Source: Acetivibrionales bacterium (GTDB lineage: Bacteria; Bacillota; Clostridia; Acetivibrionales; DTU013). Taken from it: a stretch of 64,000 nt of DNA. The position numbers and the translations under genes were made by a program. Under the pieces are notes generated by a model. That model ran no database searches and was not told the origin of the DNA. It saw only the letters and a program-made list of their open reading frames with translations. The stretch covers positions 169,846-233,845 of the forward strand of contig JBMNKL010000003.1 in the NCBI GenBank assembly GCA_050952225.1, given 5' to 3'. Of this stretch, positions 1 through 8,472 are shown one piece after another. The first letter of the stretch is position 1; each line of letters begins with the position of its first letter.

Positions 1-1
1 G

Positions 2-143
2 CAGCTGTGATGTCGGCTGTTACGACTGCAACAAGCCTGGTTGTCATCCCGTTTTACATGTGGTTTATGGGGCGGTAAATATAACAGGGGACGAGTTCGT
101 TATCATTGACAAAAATCATGTAGTAATTTCCTTGCCGATTTGA
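2..143 (+). CDS. 3' end of a CDS entering from upstream of the window (frame uncertain)
   Basis: Frame 2 is open from the window edge to TGA 141-143 (SCDVGCYDCNKPGCHPVLHVVYGAVNITGDEFVIIDKNHVVISLPI*) and stops 4 nt before ATG 148. Frame 1 is also open to TAA 76-78, so the frame is tentative. Confidence 0.3.
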   Translation, partial: SCDVGCYDCNKPGCHPVLHVVYGAVNITGDEFVIIDKNHVVISLPI

Positions 144-147
144 TAAA

Positions 148-648
148 ATGTTTATACAAAAGAGGTGTATGAATGTGGAAGAAAAGATATTCGAACTGTT
201 GACCAAGATGTATAGCGAATTCTCCAGCCGGTTTGATGGAGTAGAAAACAGACTTGATGGAATAGAGAACAGGCTTGATGGAGTAGAGAACAGGCTTGAT
301 GGAGTAGAAAACAGACTTGATGGAATAGAGAACAGGCTTGATGGAGTAGAGAACAGGCTTGATGGAGTAGAGAACAGGCTTGATGGAGTAGAGAACAGGC
401 TTGATGGAGTAGAGAACAGGCTTGATGGAGTAGAGAACAGGCTTGATGGATTAGAGAACAGACTGAGAAAAGTTGAAACTCTGATTGAGAATGACATAAA
501 AAAAGACATAAGTGCGCTATATGACGGATATAAACTGACTTATGATAAAGTTGAGAGTATCGAAAAAACTGTGAATGGAATCTTAGTAACAGTTGACAGG
601 CACGACGCAGAAATCCGCTTATTAAAGGCGAGACACCAGATGGCCTGA
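148..648 (+). CDS. Heptad-repeat coiled-coil protein (11 x DG[VIL]ENRL), function unknown
   Basis: 166-aa ORF. The central 77 aa are 11 exact heptads. An SD-like AGAGGTG at 161-167 suggests the real start may be ATG 169 or GTG 175. Confidence 0.7.
   Translation: MFIQKRCMNVEEKIFELLTKMYSEFSSRFDGVENRLDGIENRLDGVENRLDGVENRLDGIENRLDGVENRLDGVENRLDGVENRLDGVENRLDGVENRLDGLENRLRKVETLIENDIKKDISALYDGYKLTYDKVESIEKTVNGILVTVDRHDAEIRLLKARHQMA
235..465 (+). repeat. 21-bp tandem repeat, 11 units, in frame inside the CDS
   Basis: Units gatgga[g/a/t]tagа-type: gatggagtagaaaacagactt / gatggaatagagaacaggctt / gatggagtagagaacaggctt. Units 1-3 equal units 4-6, giving a 63-bp higher-order repeat. Units 6-10 are identical. 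Confidence 0.95.
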
Positions 649-808
649 TGCAGCGGGTCAATTGAAATGGTAAATTCCACTTTGCAAAAGTAATTTCAAC
701 GTTTATCATTCTTCCTGATTTGCAAAACTAAATGTATGGATTCAGGGTTGCAATAACATTTTTCAAATGACCGCAGCAAATTAACGCTATCTTTCATAAC
801 AGTAGCTA

Positions 809-838
809 TTGCATTTCACTTGTTCCATATGCTATAAT
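809..838 (+). promoter_or_regulatory. Sigma-A type promoter for tRNA-Gln
   Basis: TTGCAT (809-814), 18-nt spacer, TATAAT (833-838). It lies 35 nt upstream of the tRNA 5' end. Confidence 0.5.
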
Positions 839-873
839 AACCTCTGTCACGGAAAAATGATTATAAATAACAT

Positions 874-947
874 TGCGGGATTGTGTAAAGGTAGCACTAC
901 TGACTCTGGATCAGTCTGTGAGGGTTCGAATCCTTCTCCCGCAGCCA
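874..947 (+). tRNA. tRNA-Gln (anticodon CUG)
   Basis: Hand-folded 74-nt cloverleaf. Acceptor TGCGGGA/TCCCGCA with the U1-A72 pair typical of bacterial tRNA-Gln. D arm GTGT/GCAC, anticodon arm ACTGA-CTCTGGA-TCAGT, T arm GAGGG-TTCGAAT-CCTTC, encoded GCCA tail. Confidence 0.9.
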
Positions 948-985
948 ATCAACTTCACACAAATATCTATATCAATACGGTCAGG

Positions 986-1017
986 GAATACGCGTATTTC
1001 GCGTATTCTTATGTTTT
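986..1017 (+). terminator. Rho-independent terminator after tRNA-Gln
   Basis: 9-bp stem GAATACGCG/CGCGTATTC, 5-nt loop, followed by TTATGTTTT. Confidence 0.6.
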
Positions 1018-1058
1018 AGCCTAAATTAATCTTCGTAGATGCAGAATTGTGAGCGTCT

Positions 1059-2252
1059 TTATGTCAACAAGCACGCCGACAGCCTGTAAGTATCCGGCAG
1101 GACCGTTCTCTCTTTTGGGAGGAAGCTCTCATTGTCCTGCTCCGGTTCCGGTGTTTCTGCTCCCGGTGTTTTCACTGCAGGTGCTTCTTTACCAGCAAGC
1201 CCTTCTTTTTCGTTTGGCGTTTCACCGTCCGTGGAGCCCGAATCTCCTCCAGGCAATTTCTCATTAGTATAACTTATATCCCTGTTGTGATTATTTCCAT
1301 CCGGGGAAGAAGAATTACCGGTTGACGGGGCCGATAAAACAGTGCCAGGTGAAACAGTACCGTTGATTTTCCCGGTCCCGGTCTCGGCTGTTTCCATGGC
1401 AATTCCGTACTCAGGCTGGATTACGCCCCATTCTTCAAGCTTGCCGTCGGTGCCTATCCATACCGGGGCGGACAGCGGGACGACGTCAAACAGTTCCTCT
1501 GCATCAGAATTGATCATGCGGATGCAGCCATGGGATACATTTTTCCCGATTGAATACGGCTCGTTATTGCCATGGATTCCAAGAGTCCTGCCGTCCTTGT
1601 ATGAGAGACCGAGCCACCTGTAGCCAAGCGGGTTTTCCGGTACTCCTCCTTTGACAGGTTTCGCGTAGCCGCCTCCGCCCCAATATGGATTTTTTATTTT
1701 ATTTGCGACAGTAAACTTGCCGTCCGGTGTAAGCGAAGCAGGATTGCCGATAGCAACGGGGTATTTCTGGAGCACGATGCTGTTCTTGTAAAGGGTAAGT
1801 ATTCTTTTCGATTTATTGATTGTTATCCATATTCCATCCGTAGGCGGTTTTTTTATAAGGTCATCGCCGGCCGGAACGCCTGTTGCCAAACGAAGCGCCA
1901 TAATATTATGGCACTTGTCGTTCCACAACCCGTTCACTTCAAGGTTGCAGTTGCTTTGAAACCTTAGTATTGCGTTTCTCAGGTTAAGCTTCCCATCCTT
2001 GGTTTCATCCTTGTAAAACCCCATTTTTTTCAATTCTTCTTTATAGTCATAAGCCGGCTGCTCCGTCAAGTTTTTGTCCGCTGATGCAACGGCGGTTTTC
2101 TTTTCAACGGCAGCTTGCGTTTCACGGGAAGTTTGCATTTGTATATTAACAACAGACGGTTGAAATCGAACAAACACAGGAACGGGCGTTTCGGACAGGG
2201 CCGGTTGGTTCAGGTGCAAAAACAAGCATAGCAGCATTAGTGTATGCAACAT
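1059..2252 (-). CDS. L,D-transpeptidase (YkuD/ErfK domain) with peptidoglycan-binding domain
   Basis: 397 aa. N-terminal signal/anchor. PG-binding-like LRNAILRFQSNCNLEVNGLW. Catalytic motif HGNNEPYSIGKNVSHGCIRM. Confidence 0.9.
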   Translation of the reverse strand: MLHTLMLLCLFLHLNQPALSETPVPVFVRFQPSVVNIQMQTSRETQAAVEKKTAVASADKNLTEQPAYDYKEELKKMGFYKDETKDGKLNLRNAILRFQSNCNLEVNGLWNDKCHNIMALRLATGVPAGDDLIKKPPTDGIWITINKSKRILTLYKNSIVLQKYPVAIGNPASLTPDGKFTVANKIKNPYWGGGGYAKPVKGGVPENPLGYRWLGLSYKDGRTLGIHGNNEPYSIGKNVSHGCIRMINSDAEELFDVVPLSAPVWIGTDGKLEEWGVIQPEYGIAMETAETGTGKINGTVSPGTVLSAPSTGNSSSPDGNNHNRDISYTNEKLPGGDSGSTDGETPNEKEGLAGKEAPAVKTPGAETPEPEQDNESFLPKERTVLPDTYRLSACLLT

Positions 2253-2337
2253 TATTTCCTCCGGAATTATTTTCTCTGGATGGCTTTTTTATATATATGA
2301 ACAGGTAAAGAAAATATTACTGTATTGTGATAATGGC

Positions 2338-2376
2338 GCATAAAAGAAATACAGAGCCCTTTTAAGGCTCTGTATT
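2338..2376 (-). terminator. Intrinsic terminator inside the 5' leader of the L,D-transpeptidase gene (candidate attenuator)
   Basis: On the minus strand: AATACAGAGCC-ttaaaag-GGCTCTGTATT followed by TCTTTTAT. It lies about 90 nt upstream of the start codon and downstream of the consensus promoter at 2440-2468. Confidence 0.6.
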
Positions 2377-2439
2377 ATTTCGGCTGTATATTTTATCCGG
2401 GTAAAACAAAAGAGAGCCGTTCACCGAACGAGTAAGTCT

Positions 2440-2468
2440 ATTATACTAGTGCTGTTTTACCATGTCAA
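2440..2468 (-). promoter_or_regulatory. Consensus sigma-A promoter driving the L,D-transpeptidase leader
   Basis: Minus strand reads TTGACA (2468-2463), exactly 17 nt, TATAAT (2445-2440). Confidence 0.65.
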
Positions 2469-2608
2469 TATGCAAACGGTCCTATTTTTTTAAGCGTCGT
2501 TTATTGTTCCCCGGGCTGCAGCAACATGTATGAACCGGTTTATACCATGAATATTGGACAGATCCTTATGTCTTGGACAGCAAGTGTCATGGATTTGAAA
2601 TAATTGCT

Positions 2609-2638
2609 TTGCAAATACTTTATAAAGAATGCTATAAT
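2609..2638 (+). promoter_or_regulatory. Sigma-A type promoter for rnj
   Basis: TTGCAA (2609-2614), 18-nt spacer, TATAAT (2633-2638). A leader of about 115 nt contains a two-tier hairpin at 2650-2693. Confidence 0.5.
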
Positions 2639-2756
2639 ATGTGAGAGTGTCGCCCCGCATATTAAAAGCGCCGTAACGCTTTTGCCGGGGCGATGCAAAT
2701 AATGTGCGCATGAAAAATCGGGAAAACTAATATATAAATTTTTTGGAGGTTATGTA

Positions 2757-4433
2757 GTGGCAAAAGCAAAAGCAAAAGATAAAGAGAAGTTAAAGGTAAT
2801 TCCGCTTGGCGGGTTGCAGGAAATAGGAAAGAATATAACTGTTTTTGAGTACGGCGATGATATAATTGTTGTGGATTGCGGCATGGCTTTCCCGGAAGAC
2901 GATATGCTCGGAATTGATATCGTTATTCCCGACATTTCTTACCTGATAAAGAACAAGGAAAAAGTCAAGGGTATTGTTCTGACTCACGGGCATGAAGACC
3001 ATATAGGCGGGATGCCTTATTTGCTTAAGGAAATTAATGTGCCTGTTTACGGGACCCGGTTGACGCTGGGATTGCTGAAGTACAAGCTGGAGGAGCATGG
3101 ATTGCTTTCCACGGCTGAGCTGGTGGATGTAGAACCGGGGGATACAGTGCGAATGGGTGTTTTTAAGGTCGAATTCATAAGATCGACCCATAGCATAGCT
3201 GATACAGTGGCGCTTGCTTTGCATACGCCTGTTGGTGTCGTGGTGCACACATCGGATTTCAAAATCGATTATACCCCTATAGTGGGCGAACCGATAGACC
3301 TTGCAAGGCTGTCTGAGCTCGGAAAAAAAGGCGTGCTCCTGCTTATGTGCGACAGTACTAACGTGGAACGGCCCGGGTTTACAATGTCGGAAAAGACGGT
3401 TGGAGACACTTTTGAAGAAATATTTATGAATGCAAGAAGCAGGATTATTGTAGCCAGTTTTGCTTCCAATATCCACAGGGTACAGCAGGTTATCAGCGCT
3501 GCACAGAAATTTAACAGGAAGGTATCCGTGGTAGGAAGGAGCATGGTGAACGTTGTAAACGTGGCAATGGAGCTGGGGTACCTAAATGTGCCCGATGGTA
3601 TAATGATCGATATTGATTTGATTGACAAGTACCCTCCTGACAGGCTTGTAATTATTACGACCGGGAGCCAGGGCGAGCCGATGGCCGCGTTGTCAAGGAT
3701 AGCTGCTTCCGAGCACAAAAAAGTGGAAATCGAGCCCGGAGACCTGGTTATTATTTCCGCTTCTCCCATACCCGGTAATGAAAAACCGATTATAAAGGTC
3801 ATAAACGAGCTTTTCAAAAAAGGAGCCAATGTCATTTACGAAAAGCTGGCCGATGTGCATGTGTCAGGACATGCCTGCCAGGAAGAATTGAAACTGATAC
3901 ACAACCTGGTGAAGCCGAAATATTTCATGCCTGTCCATGGTGAATACAGGCATTTGAAACAGCATGCAAACCTGGCTGCCGGGCTTGGAATGAAGCCCGA
4001 AAACATTTTTATGATGGAAATAGGGAAGGTCCTGGAACTGGATTCAAGGTCTGTCAGGATTAATGGCGCGGTTTCGTCCGGGAGAGTGCTGGTTGACGGC
4101 CTCGGCGTCGGCGATGTAGGCAGTATAGTGCTTAGGGACAGGAAGCTCCTTTCGCAGGACGGCTTGATCGTAATCGTTATTACTACCGAAAAGGAATCAG
4201 GCCAGTTAATAGCCGGGCCTGACATTATTTCAAGAGGTTTCGTGTATGTAAGGGAGTCCGGGGATCTTATCGAAGATGCGCGTGAAGTTGTTAAAATGAC
4301 GCTGGCGAAATGCGAAGGCAGAAAGAATGACTGGCCGGCTAAAAAAGGTATCATCAAGGATGAACTGAGAGCGTACCTTTTTGAAAAAACAAAACGAAAA
4401 CCAATGATACTCCCGATTATAGTTGAAATCTGA
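2757..4433 (+). CDS. rnj: Ribonuclease J (metallo-beta-lactamase/beta-CASP RNase)
   Basis: 558 aa. GTG start after GGAGG. Motif VLTHGHEDHIGG. Length and architecture are typical of RNase J. Confidence 0.9.
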   Translation: MAKAKAKDKEKLKVIPLGGLQEIGKNITVFEYGDDIIVVDCGMAFPEDDMLGIDIVIPDISYLIKNKEKVKGIVLTHGHEDHIGGMPYLLKEINVPVYGTRLTLGLLKYKLEEHGLLSTAELVDVEPGDTVRMGVFKVEFIRSTHSIADTVALALHTPVGVVVHTSDFKIDYTPIVGEPIDLARLSELGKKGVLLLMCDSTNVERPGFTMSEKTVGDTFEEIFMNARSRIIVASFASNIHRVQQVISAAQKFNRKVSVVGRSMVNVVNVAMELGYLNVPDGIMIDIDLIDKYPPDRLVIITTGSQGEPMAALSRIAASEHKKVEIEPGDLVIISASPIPGNEKPIIKVINELFKKGANVIYEKLADVHVSGHACQEELKLIHNLVKPKYFMPVHGEYRHLKQHANLAAGLGMKPENIFMMEIGKVLELDSRSVRINGAVSSGRVLVDGLGVGDVGSIVLRDRKLLSQDGLIVIVITTEKESGQLIAGPDIISRGFVYVRESGDLIEDAREVVKMTLAKCEGRKNDWPAKKGIIKDELRAYLFEKTKRKPMILPIIVEI

Positions 4434-4442
4434 CACCGGCCG

Positions 4443-5675
4443 TCAACTGCGAAGGATAACTTTGTGGTAGGTCTTCTTACCCTTTTTTATGATGAGTTCG
4501 CCGTTTATAAACATATCCTTGCTTATTGCATGGTTGAAGCTGAATACCGGGTTTTCATCAATATAGATGCCGCCCTGCTGGATAAGCCTGCGTCCTTCGC
4601 TTCTCGATGGCGCCAGCCCGGTACGCACAACGAGATCGAGTATGTTAAGGCCGCTGTCAAGTTCTTCTTTTGCTATCTCGGTCGAAGGCATGCCGCTTGT
4701 GTTGCCGCCGACCCCAAATAGTGCCTCGGCGGCCTGCCTGGCTTTTACAGCTTCCTCTTCGCCATGCACCAGTTTTGTTACTTCATATGCAAGTACTTTT
4801 TTTGCTTCGTTGATTTGCTCATTTTTCAGCGCTGCAAGTTTCTCAATTTCATCCATTGGGAGGAATGTCAATAACTTCAGGCAATTGACAACGTCGGTGT
4901 CGTCTATGTTTCTCCAGTACTGGTAAAAATCATAAGGGGACGTTTTTTGGGCATCAAGCCAGAGGGCGCCTTTCTCCGTTTTCCCCATTTTTTTGCCCTC
5001 GCTTGTAGTTAAAAGCTTGAACGTCATGCCGTAAGCTTCTTTGCCTTCTACCCGCCTTATCAGGTCAATGCCACCGAGTATGTTGGACCATTGGTCGTCC
5101 CCGCCCAGTTGCATGATGCAGTCGTATTCCTTGTTTAATACGAGGAAATCATAGCTTTGCATGAGCATGTAGTTGAATTCAATGAATGTCAGTCCTTTTT
5201 CCAGCCTGGATTTGAAACATTCGGCGGTAAGCATCCTGTTTACCGAGAAATGGACGCCGATTTCCCTTAAGAAATCTATATAGTTGAGTTTCAAAAGCCA
5301 TTCTGAGTTGTCTACCATTAAGGCCCGGTGGTTTGAAAAATCTATAAACCTGGAAATCTGTTTTTTAAAACATTCAGAGTTGTGCCTGATTGTTTCCGGT
5401 GTCATCATTTTACGCATATCAGTCCTGCCGGACGGGTCGCCGACCATTGCGGTCCCGCCTCCAATCAGCACAATGGGCCTGTGCCCGGCTCTTTGCATGT
5501 GGGCCATAACCATTAATTGTACAAAATGTCCTACATGCAGGCTGTCGGCAGTAGGATCAAAACCTATGTAAAAAGTGATTTTTTGGCTTTCAAGAAGGTC
5601 TTTGATTTTTTCCTCATGTGTAAGCTGGGCAATGAAGTCTCTCTCTTTCAATATTTCAAATACACTGCTTGCCAT
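4443..5675 (-). CDS. tyrS: Tyrosine--tRNA ligase
   Basis: 410 aa. Class I signatures HVGH and KMGKT (KMSKS). C-terminal S4-like domain. Confidence 0.95.
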   Translation of the reverse strand: MASSVFEILKERDFIAQLTHEEKIKDLLESQKITFYIGFDPTADSLHVGHFVQLMVMAHMQRAGHRPIVLIGGGTAMVGDPSGRTDMRKMMTPETIRHNSECFKKQISRFIDFSNHRALMVDNSEWLLKLNYIDFLREIGVHFSVNRMLTAECFKSRLEKGLTFIEFNYMLMQSYDFLVLNKEYDCIMQLGGDDQWSNILGGIDLIRRVEGKEAYGMTFKLLTTSEGKKMGKTEKGALWLDAQKTSPYDFYQYWRNIDDTDVVNCLKLLTFLPMDEIEKLAALKNEQINEAKKVLAYEVTKLVHGEEEAVKARQAAEALFGVGGNTSGMPSTEIAKEELDSGLNILDLVVRTGLAPSRSEGRRLIQQGGIYIDENPVFSFNHAISKDMFINGELIIKKGKKTYHKVILRS

Positions 5676-5960
5676 AGAACCTTACCTCGCCGTCGTTGTT
5701 TTTGTGTATTTTATCATACCGTCAGAGGCAATTCAAGGCTGTTCAACCGGATATGGCTCTGAATAGGCTTTGTAGAACTTTTTCTAAAAATTGGCTTCTA
5801 TAATAATTTTAGAGGGCTTGTATGCCGGTTTTTGGCTTACAAGCCCATGATTACACCATAATAAAAAATGCCGGGCATTATCTTTCCATGGATGGGTAAA
5901 AATGTAAAAATATTAGTCTATCCCTGCCTATATCCCAGAGTTTATACTTGAGCGCAACAG

Positions 5961-5986
5961 TAAAAAAAGGCCGGTCATCCCGGCCC
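5961..5986 (-). terminator. Rho-independent terminator of the membrane-protein gene at 6050-6856
   Basis: Minus strand reads GGCCGG-gatga-CCGGCC followed by TTTTTTTA. Confidence 0.6.
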
Positions 5987-6049
5987 ATGGTTCACATTTG
6001 TCGTATAGCGTTTTTTGCTATATGCTTTGTATTACGAGACAGGCATGGG

Positions 6050-6856
6050 TTATGCAATAACGGTTCTGCCTGTTATATCACGGTAGAATGAAATATAAAA
6101 TACAATCAGGATGAATGTTTGTGCAGCCGGTATTATGCTGAAGATAACCGGACCGAGCAGCGGAATAATATTAATAAAGCTAAAGATGGCACCTATAATT
6201 GACGCTGCGATAGCTACAAGCAGGTAAATACCTAATACGGTCCAGAAAGAGCTTTTTACGATTTCCACCGATTTCTTGGCTGCTGCGACCAGGTCCAGGC
6301 TGTCAATGACCATCCCGGAAAACCACAAGCACAAAAATGTGTTTAAAACCAAGCCGGCTATAAATAATACAATAACCGCAAGGAATACCAATGCTATGCC
6401 AATCGGGCCAAGTACGGATGCAATCAGCCCAAACAGCAACAGTAACAGGAATGAAACTAAGAAGAAAATTCCAAAGACAACCGTTTGACCGACAAAATAC
6501 ATAAGGTACCTGACAAAGTTGTCCTTCAGAGCTTCACCCGTATCGGTAAGGTTTGCATTGCCTGTTTCGAAACTTTTATTTACCAGACCATAAGATATGG
6601 GATAGATGGCAAACTGGACCAGGAATGAGACAATGCCCCCGCCTGCTGCCACCGCAGTGATAATTCCGAGGACCAGTTTCATCAGCCGTTCAGGGTTGCC
6701 AAGGCCGCCGCTTGTCAACATGCTTGAAATAGCGCCGAGGCTTAGCGCGGAACCGGTGCTTCCGATTAATGCCGCAAGTACTTTCAGGACATAAAGCGGA
6801 AATATAAGCATCCAATTCCTGACCGAAAAATTAAATACATTTACCAGGTATTTCAT
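6050..6856 (-). CDS. Polytopic integral membrane protein, function unknown
   Basis: 268 aa with several long hydrophobic segments. I recognise no diagnostic motif. Confidence 0.6.
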   Translation of the reverse strand: MKYLVNVFNFSVRNWMLIFPLYVLKVLAALIGSTGSALSLGAISSMLTSGGLGNPERLMKLVLGIITAVAAGGGIVSFLVQFAIYPISYGLVNKSFETGNANLTDTGEALKDNFVRYLMYFVGQTVVFGIFFLVSFLLLLLFGLIASVLGPIGIALVFLAVIVLFIAGLVLNTFLCLWFSGMVIDSLDLVAAAKKSVEIVKSSFWTVLGIYLLVAIAASIIGAIFSFINIIPLLGPVIFSIIPAAQTFILIVFYISFYRDITGRTVIA

Positions 6857-6979
6857 ATAACACCTCGTTTTATATATACTTATTTATTCTACATAGTAAT
6901 AAATATTTATTTAATGGAAACTGAAATATAAATAGCCTTTTTTATCTATATTTAGCTGCTTCCCGGAATATGTATTTTT

Positions 6980-8242
6980 CTAAGAGGAAAGGTAAATGAC
7001 GTTTCTCGTGAACTCGCTTCCGGAGGCACGCATATGCGGGTTTTTAAAGCCAAGAACATATTGGTCGGTTGCACCTGCTTCCAGTGCAAGCATTTCGGAA
7101 ACGCCGGGCAGGTCTGAATTAATGTAATCGGCCGTTTTTATAATAACGGGAAGGGCAGCCTTGTCCCTGATGCTTGCAAGAAGTTTTCTGCCCGTATGGT
7201 TGAAGCCCAGGACGCGTATATACGCAGGACCGCCTGCTTTATTGAAGTTTTCGAAAGTCTTGCCGGTCAACCCGGTTAATACGCTGAAAAGGATTCTTTG
7301 TATTCTTGTTGCCGGGTAACGTCTCGTGCATATTGAATCCAGCAATTCACCAAAGGAGCCGGATTTTTTTGCCGCAAGGGCAATCCTGTTTTCCAGCCCT
7401 TCTTCCATGTATGGCAGCGCGCTAATTTCGTCCGCTGTCATTTTTCTCAGGAGCGACAGCAAAACCATGCCGAAGTCGGAAGAAAACACAGGTCCCCTGC
7501 CCAGTGCTATCTCGCGTTCGAGGATGTCCAGGGAAGATGACGGCATGGCGGAAGCAAGCAGCCTTGAAGCAACATTCCATGGATTTTGTGAGATTGTATT
7601 TCTTATAGATGTGGCGCTGCTTATTTCGCCGGACAGTTCGCCCTGGTTGTAGTCATTTCCGATCCTGCCGACGGTCATTGGAACTATGCCGCTGTTAAGG
7701 CGCCTGATGGCCTTGATGTATTCTATGCCGAGAATGTTGTTTGGAGTTCTGAGGGTTTCGGAAATTTTATCGCTGCCGGCCTTTGACTTAATATAAGCGG
7801 ATATTGCCGCCTGCCTGGCAGACGGAAAAGATTTTCCCGCGGCGAGCAAGGCTTTTAGCTCGTTTTTATACTCTTCCGGCTCTTCCAGGAGTATGGATGC
7901 AATTTCAGAAAGCTTTTCAATCTTTCCTGACTCGCTGCCGAAACAGAGCATGTTTACGACGCCGAGGCTATCCAGCAGCCTAACCGCTCCGCAGGCGAAA
8001 AACTCGGCACTGGCCATGGCATATGTGACCGGCAATTCTATGACGAGGTCAATGCCGCAAAGCAAGGCCATTTCGGCTCTGGCCCACTTGTCAACAATAG
8101 CGGGCTCTCCGCGCTGGGTATAGTTGCCGCTCATTACCGCGACAACGCAGTCCGCTCCCGCCAGTTCCCTGGAAGCACGGACATGGTAAAGATGGCCGTT
8201 GTGAAAAGGATTGTATTCGGCTACTATTCCAACTACCTTCAT
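6980..8242 (-). CDS. tmcAL: tRNA(Met) cytidine acetate ligase (nucleotidyltransferase, YlbM/UPF0348 family)
   Basis: 420 aa. N-terminus VVGIVAEYNPFHNGHLYH is typical of the TmcAL family. Confidence 0.8.
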   Translation of the reverse strand: MKVVGIVAEYNPFHNGHLYHVRASRELAGADCVVAVMSGNYTQRGEPAIVDKWARAEMALLCGIDLVIELPVTYAMASAEFFACGAVRLLDSLGVVNMLCFGSESGKIEKLSEIASILLEEPEEYKNELKALLAAGKSFPSARQAAISAYIKSKAGSDKISETLRTPNNILGIEYIKAIRRLNSGIVPMTVGRIGNDYNQGELSGEISSATSIRNTISQNPWNVASRLLASAMPSSSLDILEREIALGRGPVFSSDFGMVLLSLLRKMTADEISALPYMEEGLENRIALAAKKSGSFGELLDSICTRRYPATRIQRILFSVLTGLTGKTFENFNKAGGPAYIRVLGFNHTGRKLLASIRDKAALPVIIKTADYINSDLPGVSEMLALEAGATDQYVLGFKNPHMRASGSEFTRNVIYLSS

Positions 8243-8472
8243 TTGTACTCCCCGGTCCTTTTACATACTCCCATGTCGATTATAGTCTATAATCCAGTTG
8301 ATGTATAGGCGGAAAATTTGTGATTCGTCTGCCCTTAAATATCGCAATCAGCGCGATAGAAAATAAAGGTTGCATGGTGTATAATCTATGTGTCACGTAT
8401 GAGTATAAGTCTATATGTATTGCATAAATAACCCGGTGATAGTCGCAAGTTTGCATGAAGGAAAGGTATATA

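Noticed and set aside
235-465. Possible CRISPR array, because of regularly spaced identical repeats.
   Set aside because: The units are directly abutting 21-mers with no spacers, and they lie in frame inside a CDS. There are no cas genes in the window.
54-709. Minus-strand ORFs of 151 and 185 aa with Ser/Leu/Phe/Pro-rich or HQAC/SLL-type repeats.
   Set aside because: They are frame shadows of the 21-bp tandem repeat. A repeat whose length is a multiple of 3 and that lacks stops stays open in several frames. The plus-strand heptad protein has an SD and non-repeat flanks.
5676-6049. T-box riboswitch upstream of tyrS, the classical T-box gene.
   Set aside because: I could not find the conserved T-box sequence (AGGGUGGNACCGCG) or a terminator within reach of the start codon. 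The hairpin GGGCTTGTA...TACAAGCCC (about 5816-5848, minus strand) is preceded by a UGGU and is about 140 nt from the start codon (5675). It lacks a U-tract. A plausible promoter (TTGAAT-17-TAAAAT, about 5715-5743) lies downstream of it. Only an Infernal scan could settle this, and the 370-bp region remains unassigned.
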